DNA of 39,123 nt from positions 1 through 39,123 of IMG/VR virus record IMGVR_UViG_3300045988_025029; one strand, written 5' to 3'. The DNA is from a virus. The notes below the pieces were generated by a model. The model had not been told where the DNA came from and did not search any database. It saw only the letters and a program-made list of their open reading frames with translations. Shown one piece after another: positions 1 through 6,921 of the stretch. Position numbers and translations under genes: made by a program. The number at the start of each line of letters is the position of its first letter. Within the stretch, counting starts at the first letter, position 1.

Positions 1-55
1 AAGACCAAGCCGAAGCTGAAAACGCCGTTTAAGTGCTATATCTACTGCACGCTGC
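1..55. repeat. Terminal direct repeat copy 1 (circular-assembly overlap)
   Basis: 55/55 nt identical to 39069..39123. The repeat lies in-frame inside a single ORF. Confidence 0.95.
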
Positions 56-495
56 AAGGCTGTAACGAGTTTTTTCGAGTTGATCTTGGGCGTGATGTTG
101 CCAAGTGGAACCGCGGCAAGTGGGCAGACCGCAAGGGCAATGTTATCGGGGAGTTTACCTGTGACCGCATCTATGAGCTGGAAACGCGCTCACCCGGCGG
201 CAGCTACTATGTCAAAGGTGAGGGGCAGCCGACAACAAACGATGTTGCGCGGCAATCATGTCTTACTCTCAAAGATATGCACGAGTATCTGCAAGCGGCA
301 AAGGGCTATGGTTGGCACATCTCCGACCTTAAAATCTACGATAAGCCGCGAGAGTTACGAGAGTTCAAGAAAAACAACCGCGACTGTTTTTATGCTGATC
401 TTGGGCTTGCAAAAAGAGACTGCCCTGATTGCAAAAATTCAGGATGCTTTTTAGAGCGCCCGCCCCAAAGCTGGTGCTATGTGGAGGCAATGTGA
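1..495 (+). CDS. ASCH-domain-like protein, 3' portion (5' portion at 38988..39123 across the circular junction)
   Basis: Frame 1 is open from nt 1 and continues the ORF that starts at 38988 (MSKAVMLSIRPKWVEKIASGEKTIEVRKTKP...). The stop is TGA at 493-495. The N-terminal layout is typical of ASCH/PUA-like phage proteins. Confidence 0.7.
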   Translation, partial: KTKPKLKTPFKCYIYCTLQGCNEFFRVDLGRDVAKWNRGKWADRKGNVIGEFTCDRIYELETRSPGGSYYVKGEGQPTTNDVARQSCLTLKDMHEYLQAAKGYGWHISDLKIYDKPRELREFKKNNRDCFYADLGLAKRDCPDCKNSGCFLERPPQSWCYVEAM

Positions 496-665
496 TGGGA
501 CGGCTGTGGGATTACTGCGCATTCTGCGGAAAGCGCATTGAAACGGGCGAAAAGTGCTACGGCTTGCCAAACGGAGAGAGCGTATGCACGGATTGCTGTG
601 TTGCAGAAAACGAGGGAGCGGCTGTATCCAAGGGGAAGGAAGAACAGGAGGACGACAATGGCTGA
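495..665 (+). CDS. Small zinc-ribbon protein (CxxC...CxxCC)
   Basis: The ATG overlaps the upstream stop (TGATG). Product: MGRLWDYCAFCGKRIETGEKCYGLPNGESVCTDCC... Confidence 0.6.
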   Translation: MGRLWDYCAFCGKRIETGEKCYGLPNGESVCTDCCVAENEGAAVSKGKEEQEDDNG

Positions 666-918
666 ATACATTGAACGGGAAGCGGCGATCGCGGCTTTGC
701 CGGTTGCTTGGGATAGTGCGGTTGATGCGCTCCGGTATGCGCCCGCCGCCGATGTTGCGCCTGTGGTACATGGGCGGTGGATAGAAGACCACGATTATCT
801 TAAATGCCCAGAGTGCGGCGTGATGGTTAAGTGGGATTTCGTCTTTTTTGACATTGGGGATTGGAATTTCTGCCCCAACTGCGGGGCTAAGATGGACGGA
901 GGTACAAAAAATGGCTGA
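658..918 (+). CDS. Cys-rich phage protein, paralog 1 (MAEYIxRE...AADVAPVVHGxW...CPNCGAKM family)
   Basis: ATGGCTGA overlap with the upstream stop and a GGAGGA RBS. Shares N-terminal, central and C-terminal blocks with 911..1246. Confidence 0.7.
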   Translation: MAEYIEREAAIAALPVAWDSAVDALRYAPAADVAPVVHGRWIEDHDYLKCPECGVMVKWDFVFFDIGDWNFCPNCGAKMDGGTKNG

Positions 919-1246
919 ATACATTGACCGCGAAGGACTGATGAAATTTCCTATTCGCCGCGACCATTGCGACAAAGCGCACGCAAATGAGCATTTTATC
1001 AATGGAATTGAAACGGTGATGGAGTATGCAAAAAACCTGCCCGCCGCCGATGTAGCCCCGGTGGTGCATGGGGCGTGGGAAAGTATTGATTCCTCTTATT
1101 GGCGGTGGACACCATCCGGCGCGGTACCGGTTTCATGCGTGACCTACCGCTGCTGTTTTTGTGGCCGCGGTACTGTAATAAAAACAAACTACTGCCCCAA
1201 CTGCGGGGCGAAGATGGAAGGATGTGCTGAAAATGCGGCTGATTGA
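911..1246 (+). CDS. Cys-rich phage protein, paralog 2 of the same family
   Basis: Same ATGGCTGA start context. Has the MAEYIDRE, AADVAPVVHGAW and YCPNCGAKM blocks. Confidence 0.7.
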   Translation: MAEYIDREGLMKFPIRRDHCDKAHANEHFINGIETVMEYAKNLPAADVAPVVHGAWESIDSSYWRWTPSGAVPVSCVTYRCCFCGRGTVIKTNYCPNCGAKMEGCAENAAD

Positions 1247-1523
1247 CGCGGATGCTTTTAAGGCGGGACTGCTTGACACAACAGGAGAATTTAAAAAAGG
1301 AAACGGCTATACTTTGCTGATGAAAATGTTTTGTGTGCTGGTTGACGCAGAGCCTACCATCGTGGGCGCTGTGCGCGTGGTGCATTGCCGTGATTGCATA
1401 TATTTTGCAAACGGGGAAAACGACGCAGAAAAATGGAGCTGGTGCAAGCGGCACTCGCATGATGCCTATCCTCACGAGTTTTGCTCTTGGGGCGCACAGA
1501 AAGCCGGTGGCACCGATGCCTAA
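1233..1523 (+). CDS. Cys-rich phage protein, distant paralog 3 (RLIDADAF...VVHCRDC)
   Basis: A GGAAGGA RBS lies 10 nt upstream of the ATG. The layout is similar (N-terminal helix, EPT..V.VVHCxDC). GTG at 1224 is an alternative start. Confidence 0.6.
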   Translation: MRLIDADAFKAGLLDTTGEFKKGNGYTLLMKMFCVLVDAEPTIVGAVRVVHCRDCIYFANGENDAEKWSWCKRHSHDAYPHEFCSWGAQKAGGTDA

Positions 1524-1656
1524 CTGCAAATGGATGCAAGACGAGGTATGCGTCAATGCAGATTGCCCGATGTGCTGCGATTTTTGTCCAGTGGCAGATA
1601 CAGCCGGCGTGTGCCGGTTTGAGGAAAGGGGTGACAGTGATGCTCCGGAGAGTTAA
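1516..1656 (+). CDS. Small Cys-rich protein (46 aa)
   Basis: ATGCCTAA overlap with the upstream stop. Product MPNCKWMQDEVCVNADCPMCCDFCPVADTAGVC has 8 Cys. Confidence 0.5.
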   Translation: MPNCKWMQDEVCVNADCPMCCDFCPVADTAGVCRFEERGDSDAPES

Positions 1657-1933
1657 CGGGCGGCCGATCCCGAATAATCCGGCCAGAGCCTACGAAGTGG
1701 GCAGGCTGGACGGCACCAAGCAATGCATGGATAACGTGTCCTGCACGCTGCTGGATAAATTTGGATTCCATGTGCGGGAGGAAACGACGGATGAGCATGA
1801 CACTCGCAGCCTGGAATACTTGCAGCAATGCCTTGTGGAGCTGGTGGAGGCTCGGAACAAGGGCTATATCAAAATCAGCGACATCGAAAAGGCCCTGCGT
1901 GGCGAATATAAGATGGTAAACAGCGCGGAGTAA
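1640..1933 (+). CDS. Hypothetical early/middle protein
   Basis: ORF in the + strand gene array. A GAAAGGGG RBS-like element lies upstream of the ATG at 1640. Confidence 0.55.
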   Translation: MLRRVNGRPIPNNPARAYEVGRLDGTKQCMDNVSCTLLDKFGFHVREETTDEHDTRSLEYLQQCLVELVEARNKGYIKISDIEKALRGEYKMVNSAE

Positions 1934-1943
1934 AGGAGGGCAA

Positions 1944-2408
1944 ATGAGCAAAAAGGCGACACTGCCTTATGATGTGCGGTTGGAGTGCATTGCTTATGTG
2001 CGTGGGTATCCGCGCCGGGTGCGGGCGTATCGAGAGGCCCGGGCGGAGATCCTAAACGGGACGCATAGTGCCACAGAGGGCATGCCAACTGGATCGGGCG
2101 CTGGTAGGCCTGCCGAGAGTAAGGCGGAGCAGCTTGCCGCCATAGAGCGATGGCCGGAGACGCAGAAGATGCTTGCGGTGGAATACGCTATAGACCGCTG
2201 CGGCAGAGATCTCGATAGCGATGCAATCCGGCGGCAGCTGATATATGGCATCATGCACAACTGCCAAGGTAAGCACAAGTATGCCCGTAATCGGATCGTG
2301 ATTCCCGGGATTAGCGAGGCAACATTCAGCCGGAGGAAGGAAAGATTTCTGCATGATATAGCGAAATATGCAGGGTTACTCGTGAAAGGTGATACAGATT
2401 CCACTTAA
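1944..2408 (+). CDS. Putative late-gene transcriptional activator (ArpU/RinA/sigma-like); function uncertain
   Basis: AGGAGGG RBS. It is the last gene before the packaging region. The C-terminus is HTH-like (ISEATFSRRKERFLHDIAKYAG). Confidence 0.55.
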   Translation: MSKKATLPYDVRLECIAYVRGYPRRVRAYREARAEILNGTHSATEGMPTGSGAGRPAESKAEQLAAIERWPETQKMLAVEYAIDRCGRDLDSDAIRRQLIYGIMHNCQGKHKYARNRIVIPGISEATFSRRKERFLHDIAKYAGLLVKGDTDST

Positions 2409-2543
2409 TGATGTGCTACAATAGGTACAGTGGATGATAGGACATGGTCATCCACGCGATTTCCCAATCATCACTTTTCCTCCCTTCTATGCGCCGCCGG
2501 TATTGGGCGCTCCTTCTGGCACCGAAAGGTCATGCCGGCACAA

Positions 2544-2571
2544 ACAGCCTGTAGGGAAACCTATGGGCTGT
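2544..2571 (+). other. 12-bp hairpin capped by a GAAA tetraloop, 8 nt upstream of the tRNA-like gene
   Basis: ACAGCCTGTAGG-GAAA-CCTATGGGCTGT, with two G-U pairs. Confidence 0.6.
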
Positions 2572-2579
2572 TGTTATAT

Positions 2580-2658
2580 GCAGGCGTAGCTCAGTCGGAT
2601 AGAGCGGAGCAAGGCAAATGTCGGGTTTCTGTCGCTGGTTCGAGTCCAGCCGCTTGCA
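2580..2658 (+). tRNA. tRNA-like gene or pseudo-tRNA: canonical acceptor, D and T arms, no canonical anticodon arm, isotype undeterminable
   Basis: Acceptor stem GCAGGCG/CGCTTGC. D arm GCTC-AGTCGGATA-GAGC. T arm GCTGG-TTCGAGT-CCAGC. Discriminator A, no encoded CCA. The 28 nt between the D and T arms fit no 5-bp stem plus 7-nt loop. Confidence 0.55.
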
Positions 2659-2700
2659 CAAGAGGCCGGGTAGCACCCGGACACTGTGAGACCGCAATCG

Positions 2701-3039
2701 TCACGGTCTTGTGTAAAGGCCGGTAACCTGCGCCAGCAGGAGCCGCAGGTAGTCTGGGCAGCTCCTCGCGCCGCGCTCCCAGTCCTCCAGTGTGCGGGTG
2801 GGGATACAGTACCGGGTGGCAAAGGCCGCCTGGGATAGGCCTGTGTGCTGACGGATGTCCCGGATCGTCAGGTGGGCGGCGTCCCAGAGACGCGCCAGCA
2901 TGTCGATACGGTCTGCGGGTATGTCCGCGTCCGGTGCATCGCCCCAGACGGAAGACAGCGACCAGTCGCAGACAAAGGCGTCTCGGTCTGGCGAAGAAAG
3001 CGCTGCGCTGACCAAGGGAAAAAACAGTTTGTCTGTCAT
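2701..3039 (-). CDS. HTH DNA-binding protein (XRE/antitoxin-like C-terminal domain)
   Basis: AAAGGA RBS. The C-terminus LTIRDIRQHTGLSQAAFATRYCIPTRTLEDWERGARSCPDYLRLLL is a typical HTH. Confidence 0.75.
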   Translation of the reverse strand: MTDKLFFPLVSAALSSPDRDAFVCDWSLSSVWGDAPDADIPADRIDMLARLWDAAHLTIRDIRQHTGLSQAAFATRYCIPTRTLEDWERGARSCPDYLRLLLAQVTGLYTRP

Positions 3040-3067
3040 GGTTAATATCCTTTCATAGTGAAGAATG

Positions 3068-3101
3068 TAAAAAAAGGAAAAACACCGGCAACCGGTGCTT
3101 T
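3068..3101 (-). terminator. Rho-independent terminator/attenuator about 30 nt upstream of the HTH gene start
   Basis: On the minus strand: CACCGG-TTG-CCGGTG, extended by A-U pairs, followed by TGTTTTTCCTTTTTTT. Confidence 0.7.
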
Positions 3102-3198
3102 TCCTGGGGTTGAAGGGTTTGTCCTTCTTACTATTTCAATCCACGGCGGCAGGATCGCGCCGCACCAGATGCAAGCGCCTCCTACATCCGACAAAAAT

Positions 3199-3227
3199 AG
3201 TTTACCGCGCTGCACAGGAAATGTCAA
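3199..3227 (-). promoter_or_regulatory. Sigma70-type promoter feeding a ~120-nt leader that ends in the 3068..3101 terminator
   Basis: On the minus strand: TTGACA, 17-nt spacer, TAAACT. Confidence 0.55.
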
Positions 3228-3296
3228 GCACCATCATGCCCATGTTCCGCCCGCCAACTGTCAAAAATTTTCATGGGCGGGGCTGACACGCGAGAC

Positions 3297-3743
3297 TTAT
3301 GCAAGATAGATCGGATGGCCGACAAGCTTTTCCTCACGCTTGACGTCAATGGGACAGATGTGCTGCACGGAGGCACCAACGGCGAGCTTCAAGCCCTCAA
3401 ACTTGATCCGACCGGAAAACAAGCCGTTCACGGTGTCGACCTGCGCGTCAGTGGGGATGAAGGGGGTGGCGATGGCCTCGCCTTCACACTCCTTGGCAGT
3501 TCGCTCTGCGGTGTGCAGATAGCCGTTTGCTTTCGATGACGAGGTGAACGTCCAAGAGCGGAACGCAATGGAACCATCAGCGCGGATGGCGATCTCCAGC
3601 CGCAGGGGGATATCGGGGGCGAACGGGGAAATGTAACAGATCAGGTCTCCGGGGATGTAGGTATCCATATGACGGGTAAGGTCTACAGTGTACTCGTCGC
3701 CGACAAAACAGGCGTACAGGTCTTTCACGATCTTGATCTTCAT
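3297..3743 (-). CDS. Hypothetical 148-aa protein (accessory/moron, no recognisable domain)
   Basis: Strong AAGGAGG RBS. Minus strand within a + strand genome. Has its own promoter. Confidence 0.75.
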   Translation of the reverse strand: MKIKIVKDLYACFVGDEYTVDLTRHMDTYIPGDLICYISPFAPDIPLRLEIAIRADGSIAFRSWTFTSSSKANGYLHTAERTAKECEGEAIATPFIPTDAQVDTVNGLFSGRIKFEGLKLAVGASVQHICPIDVKREEKLVGHPIYLA

Positions 3744-3804
3744 TTTTCTTATCCTCCTTTAAGGGTAGCAATCTCTACGATGACATCTTTTTTAATCTAC
3801 CTAT

Positions 3805-3833
3805 ATATTACCACGCATTGCGTGGTATGTCAA
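3805..3833 (-). promoter_or_regulatory. Near-consensus promoter with a perfect 19-bp palindromic operator filling the spacer
   Basis: On the minus strand: TTGACA, 17-nt spacer, TAATAT. The palindrome TACCACGCA-T-TGCGTGGTA occupies 3809..3827. Confidence 0.65.
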
Positions 3834-3989
3834 TAGTTTTTGAAAAAAATTAAAAATGACACAAGTTTGCACATAGAAGCGCTAAAACTGTGTAACCCAT
3901 GTTTGAGAGCTTCCAGAAGGCCGCATGGGAGGGGAAAGACTGTTACTGTAGCCAAGGGGTGGGGGCTGGTAGCAAAACAGGAGGAAAGC

Positions 3990-5183
3990 ATGGAAATCAC
4001 AAAACGGCGGCTTGCGGATATTGTGCCGTATGCCGCCAACGCAAAAAAGCATGATAAACGGCAAATCAACAACGTTGCGGAGAGCATCAAGCAATACGGC
4101 TTTGTGCAGCCGATTGTGATTGACCGTGATGGAGTTATCGTCATTGGGCATTGCAGAGCGTTGGCTGCTCAGAAATTGGGCATGGAAGAAGTGCCCTGTG
4201 TCTGCGTGGACGATCTGACACCGGAGCAGGTGAACGCCCTGCGGCTGGTAGATAACAAGAGCAACGAGAGCGATTGGGACTTTGACCTGCTGGCTGATGA
4301 GCTGCCGGGGCTTGACTTGTCTGCTTTTGACTTTGATTGGGGTCTGCGTGATGAACTCGACATGTCAGTGGTAGAGGACAACTACGATCCCGTTTTACCG
4401 GCAGAGCCGAAGAGCAAACTGGGCGATGTGTACCAGCTTGGAGACCATCGCCTTATGTGCGGAGACAGTACGTCTTTGACAGACATACAGAAGCTCGTGG
4501 GGGGGGCACAAATGGATTTGCTGCTCACAGACCCCCCATACAATGTGGACTATCAGGGCACCGCCGGGAAGATTAAGAACGACAATATGGAGGATACTGC
4601 CTTCAGGCGTTTCCTGACGGATGCTTTCTCCAATGCGGCGATGGTCATGAAGCCCGGTGCTCCGTTCTACATCTGGCACGCAGACAGCGAGGGGTATAAC
4701 TTCCGAGGCGCGTGCAGAGATGCGATGCTGCGTGTACGGCAGTGCCTGATCTGGGTGAAGAACTCCCTTGTGATGGGGAGACAGGATTTCCAGTGGAAAC
4801 ATGAGCCTTGCCTGTATGGTGAGAGCGAGATTGAAGAGGAAGCGCACGAACCTTGTCTGTACGGATGGACGGAAGGCAAGAAGCACTATTTCTTCAAGAA
4901 CCGCAGGCAGACAACCGTGTTGAATTTTGATAAGCCTGTAAAATCTGCGGAGCATCCGACCATGAAGCCGATTAAGCTGTTTGATTACCAGATGCAGTGC
5001 TCCAGTAAGCCGGGTGAGAATGTGCTTGACCTGTTCGCTGGGTCCGGCACAACGATCATGGCAGCGGAGCAGAATGGCAGACACGCTTTCTGCATGGAGT
5101 ACGATCCGAAGTATGCGGATGTCATTATTGATCGATGGGAAAAGTTTACCGGAGAAAAGGCGGTGCTTCTGAATGACGATTGA
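3990..5183 (+). CDS. ParB-like nuclease domain fused to a DNA N6-adenine/N4-cytosine methyltransferase (DPPY, beta-class motif order)
   Basis: CAGGAGGAAAGC RBS. ParBc-like N-terminus (VIVIGHCRALAA). Motif IV is LLLTDPPYN. The SAM motif VLDLFAGSGTT lies near the C-terminus. Confidence 0.85.
   Translation: MEITKRRLADIVPYAANAKKHDKRQINNVAESIKQYGFVQPIVIDRDGVIVIGHCRALAAQKLGMEEVPCVCVDDLTPEQVNALRLVDNKSNESDWDFDLLADELPGLDLSAFDFDWGLRDELDMSVVEDNYDPVLPAEPKSKLGDVYQLGDHRLMCGDSTSLTDIQKLVGGAQMDLLLTDPPYNVDYQGTAGKIKNDNMEDTAFRRFLTDAFSNAAMVMKPGAPFYIWHADSEGYNFRGACRDAMLRVRQCLIWVKNSLVMGRQDFQWKHEPCLYGESEIEEEAHEPCLYGWTEGKKHYFFKNRRQTTVLNFDKPVKSAEHPTMKPIKLFDYQMQCSSKPGENVLDLFAGSGTTIMAAEQNGRHAFCMEYDPKYADVIIDRWEKFTGEKAVLLNDD
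4800..4865 (+). repeat. In-frame duplication of the peptide HEPCLYG inside the methyltransferase (copies at 4800..4820 and 4845..4865)
   Basis: CATGAGCCTTGCCTGTATGGT versus CACGAACCTTGTCTGTACGGA. All differences are synonymous. The copies are separated by codons for ESEIEEEA. Confidence 0.8.
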
Positions 5184-5278
5184 GGAGGCGCAGGCAATCA
5201 TCGGAAAAACAAGCAGCCCGCACCTAAAGAGGGACATGGAGAAGTTTATTAAACGCCAGCAGAGAAAGGAGGGTGCGT

Positions 5279-5659
5279 ATGGCAAGGCCAAGAAAGGAAA
5301 TAGACCAGAAGCAGTTCGAGAACCTCTGCGGCCTGCAATGCACGCTTGAGGAAATCTGCGGCTGGTTTGATGTGACCGATAAAACATTGGATAGTTGGTG
5401 TAAACGCACCTATCATGCCAGTTTTTCCGAGGTATTTAGGCAAAAGCGAGGAGCGGGGAAAATTTCGCTGCGGAGAAGTCAGTGGCGATTGGCTGAAAAG
5501 AACGCTACAATGGCGATCTTCCTCGGCAAACAGTTTTTGGGGCAGCGTGACAGCGTGGATGTGGCAGTGACGGACGCAAAGGGCATTGCATTGGACGAGC
5601 TGGAGAAGATGGTGATGCAGAATGACGCGGATACAAGCGGCGGAACTGCTGATACATAA
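5279..5659 (+). CDS. terS: Terminase small subunit
   Basis: AAAGGAGGG RBS. N-terminal HTH-like MARPRKEIDQKQFENLCGLQCTLEEICGWFDVTDKTLDSW. Lies immediately upstream of, and overlaps, TerL. Confidence 0.8.
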   Translation: MARPRKEIDQKQFENLCGLQCTLEEICGWFDVTDKTLDSWCKRTYHASFSEVFRQKRGAGKISLRRSQWRLAEKNATMAIFLGKQFLGQRDSVDVAVTDAKGIALDELEKMVMQNDADTSGGTADT

Positions 5660-6887
5660 CCCCATTGCGTTCGGCCATGCTGTTGGGTTTGATAAGCTGG
5701 GCGCGCTGCACAACGCATGGATACAGGACATGGTGCGCGGGAGTGAGGACAAAACCTTGCAGGCGCACCGTGGCAGCTATAAAACAACATGCGTATCGAT
5801 TGCGCTGGCGGAGATCATCGTCCTTCTGCCGAATCTCAAAACGCTGTTTATGCGAAAGACGGATGCGGATGTGAAAGAGGTTGTGCGGCAGGTGCGGAAT
5901 CTGCTGCTATCGCCATACATGGAGGCGCTGTGCGAGAAGATCCACGGGAAACCGCTGATCCTGACAACAGTATCCGCGACGGAGATTTCCACGAATCTGA
6001 CAGCGGACAACAAGGGCACGAGCCAGCTTGTGGCGTGCGGCGTGAACGGGTCCTTGACCGGCAAGCATTTTGACCGCATATTTACGGACGATATTGTAAA
6101 TGTACAGGACCGCATTTCCCGCGCAGAGCGGGATCATACAAAAACGATCTATCAGGAGTTGCAAAACATCCGCAATCGTGGCGGACGCATTTTTAACACC
6201 GGAACGCCCTGGCATAAGGAAGACGCATTTTCCATGATGCCGAATATCGAGAAGCACGATTGCTATTCAACCGGGCTGATCTCTGGGGATGAATTGCAAG
6301 CCATTAAATCGTCTATGACGTCATCCCTTTTTGCGGCAAACTACGAGCTACGGCATATTGCCAGTGACGATGTGATCTTTGACACGCCGCAAATGGGCGC
6401 GGAGCCTTGCCTTGCAGAGCAGGGCATTTGCCATATCGATGCGGCATACGGCGGCGATGACTACACGGCGTTTACGATTGCCCGGAAGAAGAGAACAACA
6501 TATTACCTCTATGGGCGGCTTTGGCACAAGCATGTGGACGATTGCATGGATGAGATCATCCGGCTTCGGAAGTCCTTCAATGCTGGGGAGATTTACTGCG
6601 AGACCAACGCTGACAAGGGCTATTTGGCAAAGGCGTTGCGTGCGAAGGGCGAACGGGCCGTTACATATCACGAAAACATGAACAAATTCCTTAAAATCAC
6701 AAGCTATCTCAAGGCGGAATGGCGCAATGTGGTTTTTGTGGCCGGTACGGATGATGCGTATATCGACCAGATTTGCGATTACAACGAGAATGTTGAGCAT
6801 GATGATGCGCCGGACAGCGCGGCCAGCATCGTGAAGCGGTTGTGGAACAAACGCGACAGCTCTGATTATGTTTCCATTCTGAGATAA
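5622..6887 (+). CDS. terL: Terminase large subunit (ATPase plus nuclease)
   Basis: Walker A-like HRGSYKTT and Walker B-like FTDDIV. Also GTPWHKEDAF and a C-terminal nuclease region. Sits between TerS and the portal. Confidence 0.9.
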   Translation: MTRIQAAELLIHNPIAFGHAVGFDKLGALHNAWIQDMVRGSEDKTLQAHRGSYKTTCVSIALAEIIVLLPNLKTLFMRKTDADVKEVVRQVRNLLLSPYMEALCEKIHGKPLILTTVSATEISTNLTADNKGTSQLVACGVNGSLTGKHFDRIFTDDIVNVQDRISRAERDHTKTIYQELQNIRNRGGRIFNTGTPWHKEDAFSMMPNIEKHDCYSTGLISGDELQAIKSSMTSSLFAANYELRHIASDDVIFDTPQMGAEPCLAEQGICHIDAAYGGDDYTAFTIARKKRTTYYLYGRLWHKHVDDCMDEIIRLRKSFNAGEIYCETNADKGYLAKALRAKGERAVTYHENMNKFLKITSYLKAEWRNVVFVAGTDDAYIDQICDYNENVEHDDAPDSAASIVKRLWNKRDSSDYVSILR

Positions 6888-6921
6888 GGGGTGAGCGGAG
6901 ATTAAGACATATAATGACCTT

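Noticed and set aside
1-55. Terminal repeats as a biological direct terminal repeat, cos site or attL/attR.
   Set aside because: The repeat is exactly 55 nt, interrupts an ORF in-frame, and has no associated host sequence. It is most simply an assembly overlap of a circular or permuted genome.
2430-2726. 98-aa ORF covering the tRNA-like gene.
   Set aside because: It reads straight through the acceptor, D and T arms and two hairpins, and it has no RBS. It is an artefact of RNA-structure sequence being open in one frame.
3042-3227. 61-aa minus-strand ORF upstream of the HTH gene.
   Set aside because: Its TTG 'start' is the TTGACA -35 hexamer of a promoter, and it runs through the terminator hairpin and T-tract. 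It is better explained as a transcribed leader.
5173-5349. 58-aa ORF (MTIEEAQAIIGKTSSPHLKRDMEKFIKRQQRKEG...) between the methyltransferase and TerS.
   Set aside because: It has only a distant, weak RBS and would overlap TerS by 71 nt in another frame. It is possibly real, but the sequence alone does not support it.
4395-5387. Long antisense ORF (330 aa). Similar long antisense ORFs occur at 11001..12035, 17878..18741, 9478..10221, 33241..34083 and 37710..38603.
   Set aside because: Each lies opposite a gene with clear domain motifs (methyltransferase, capsid, Tal, MuF and others). They have no RBS and Arg/Pro/Gly/His-rich composition, which is typical of spurious frames in GC-rich DNA.
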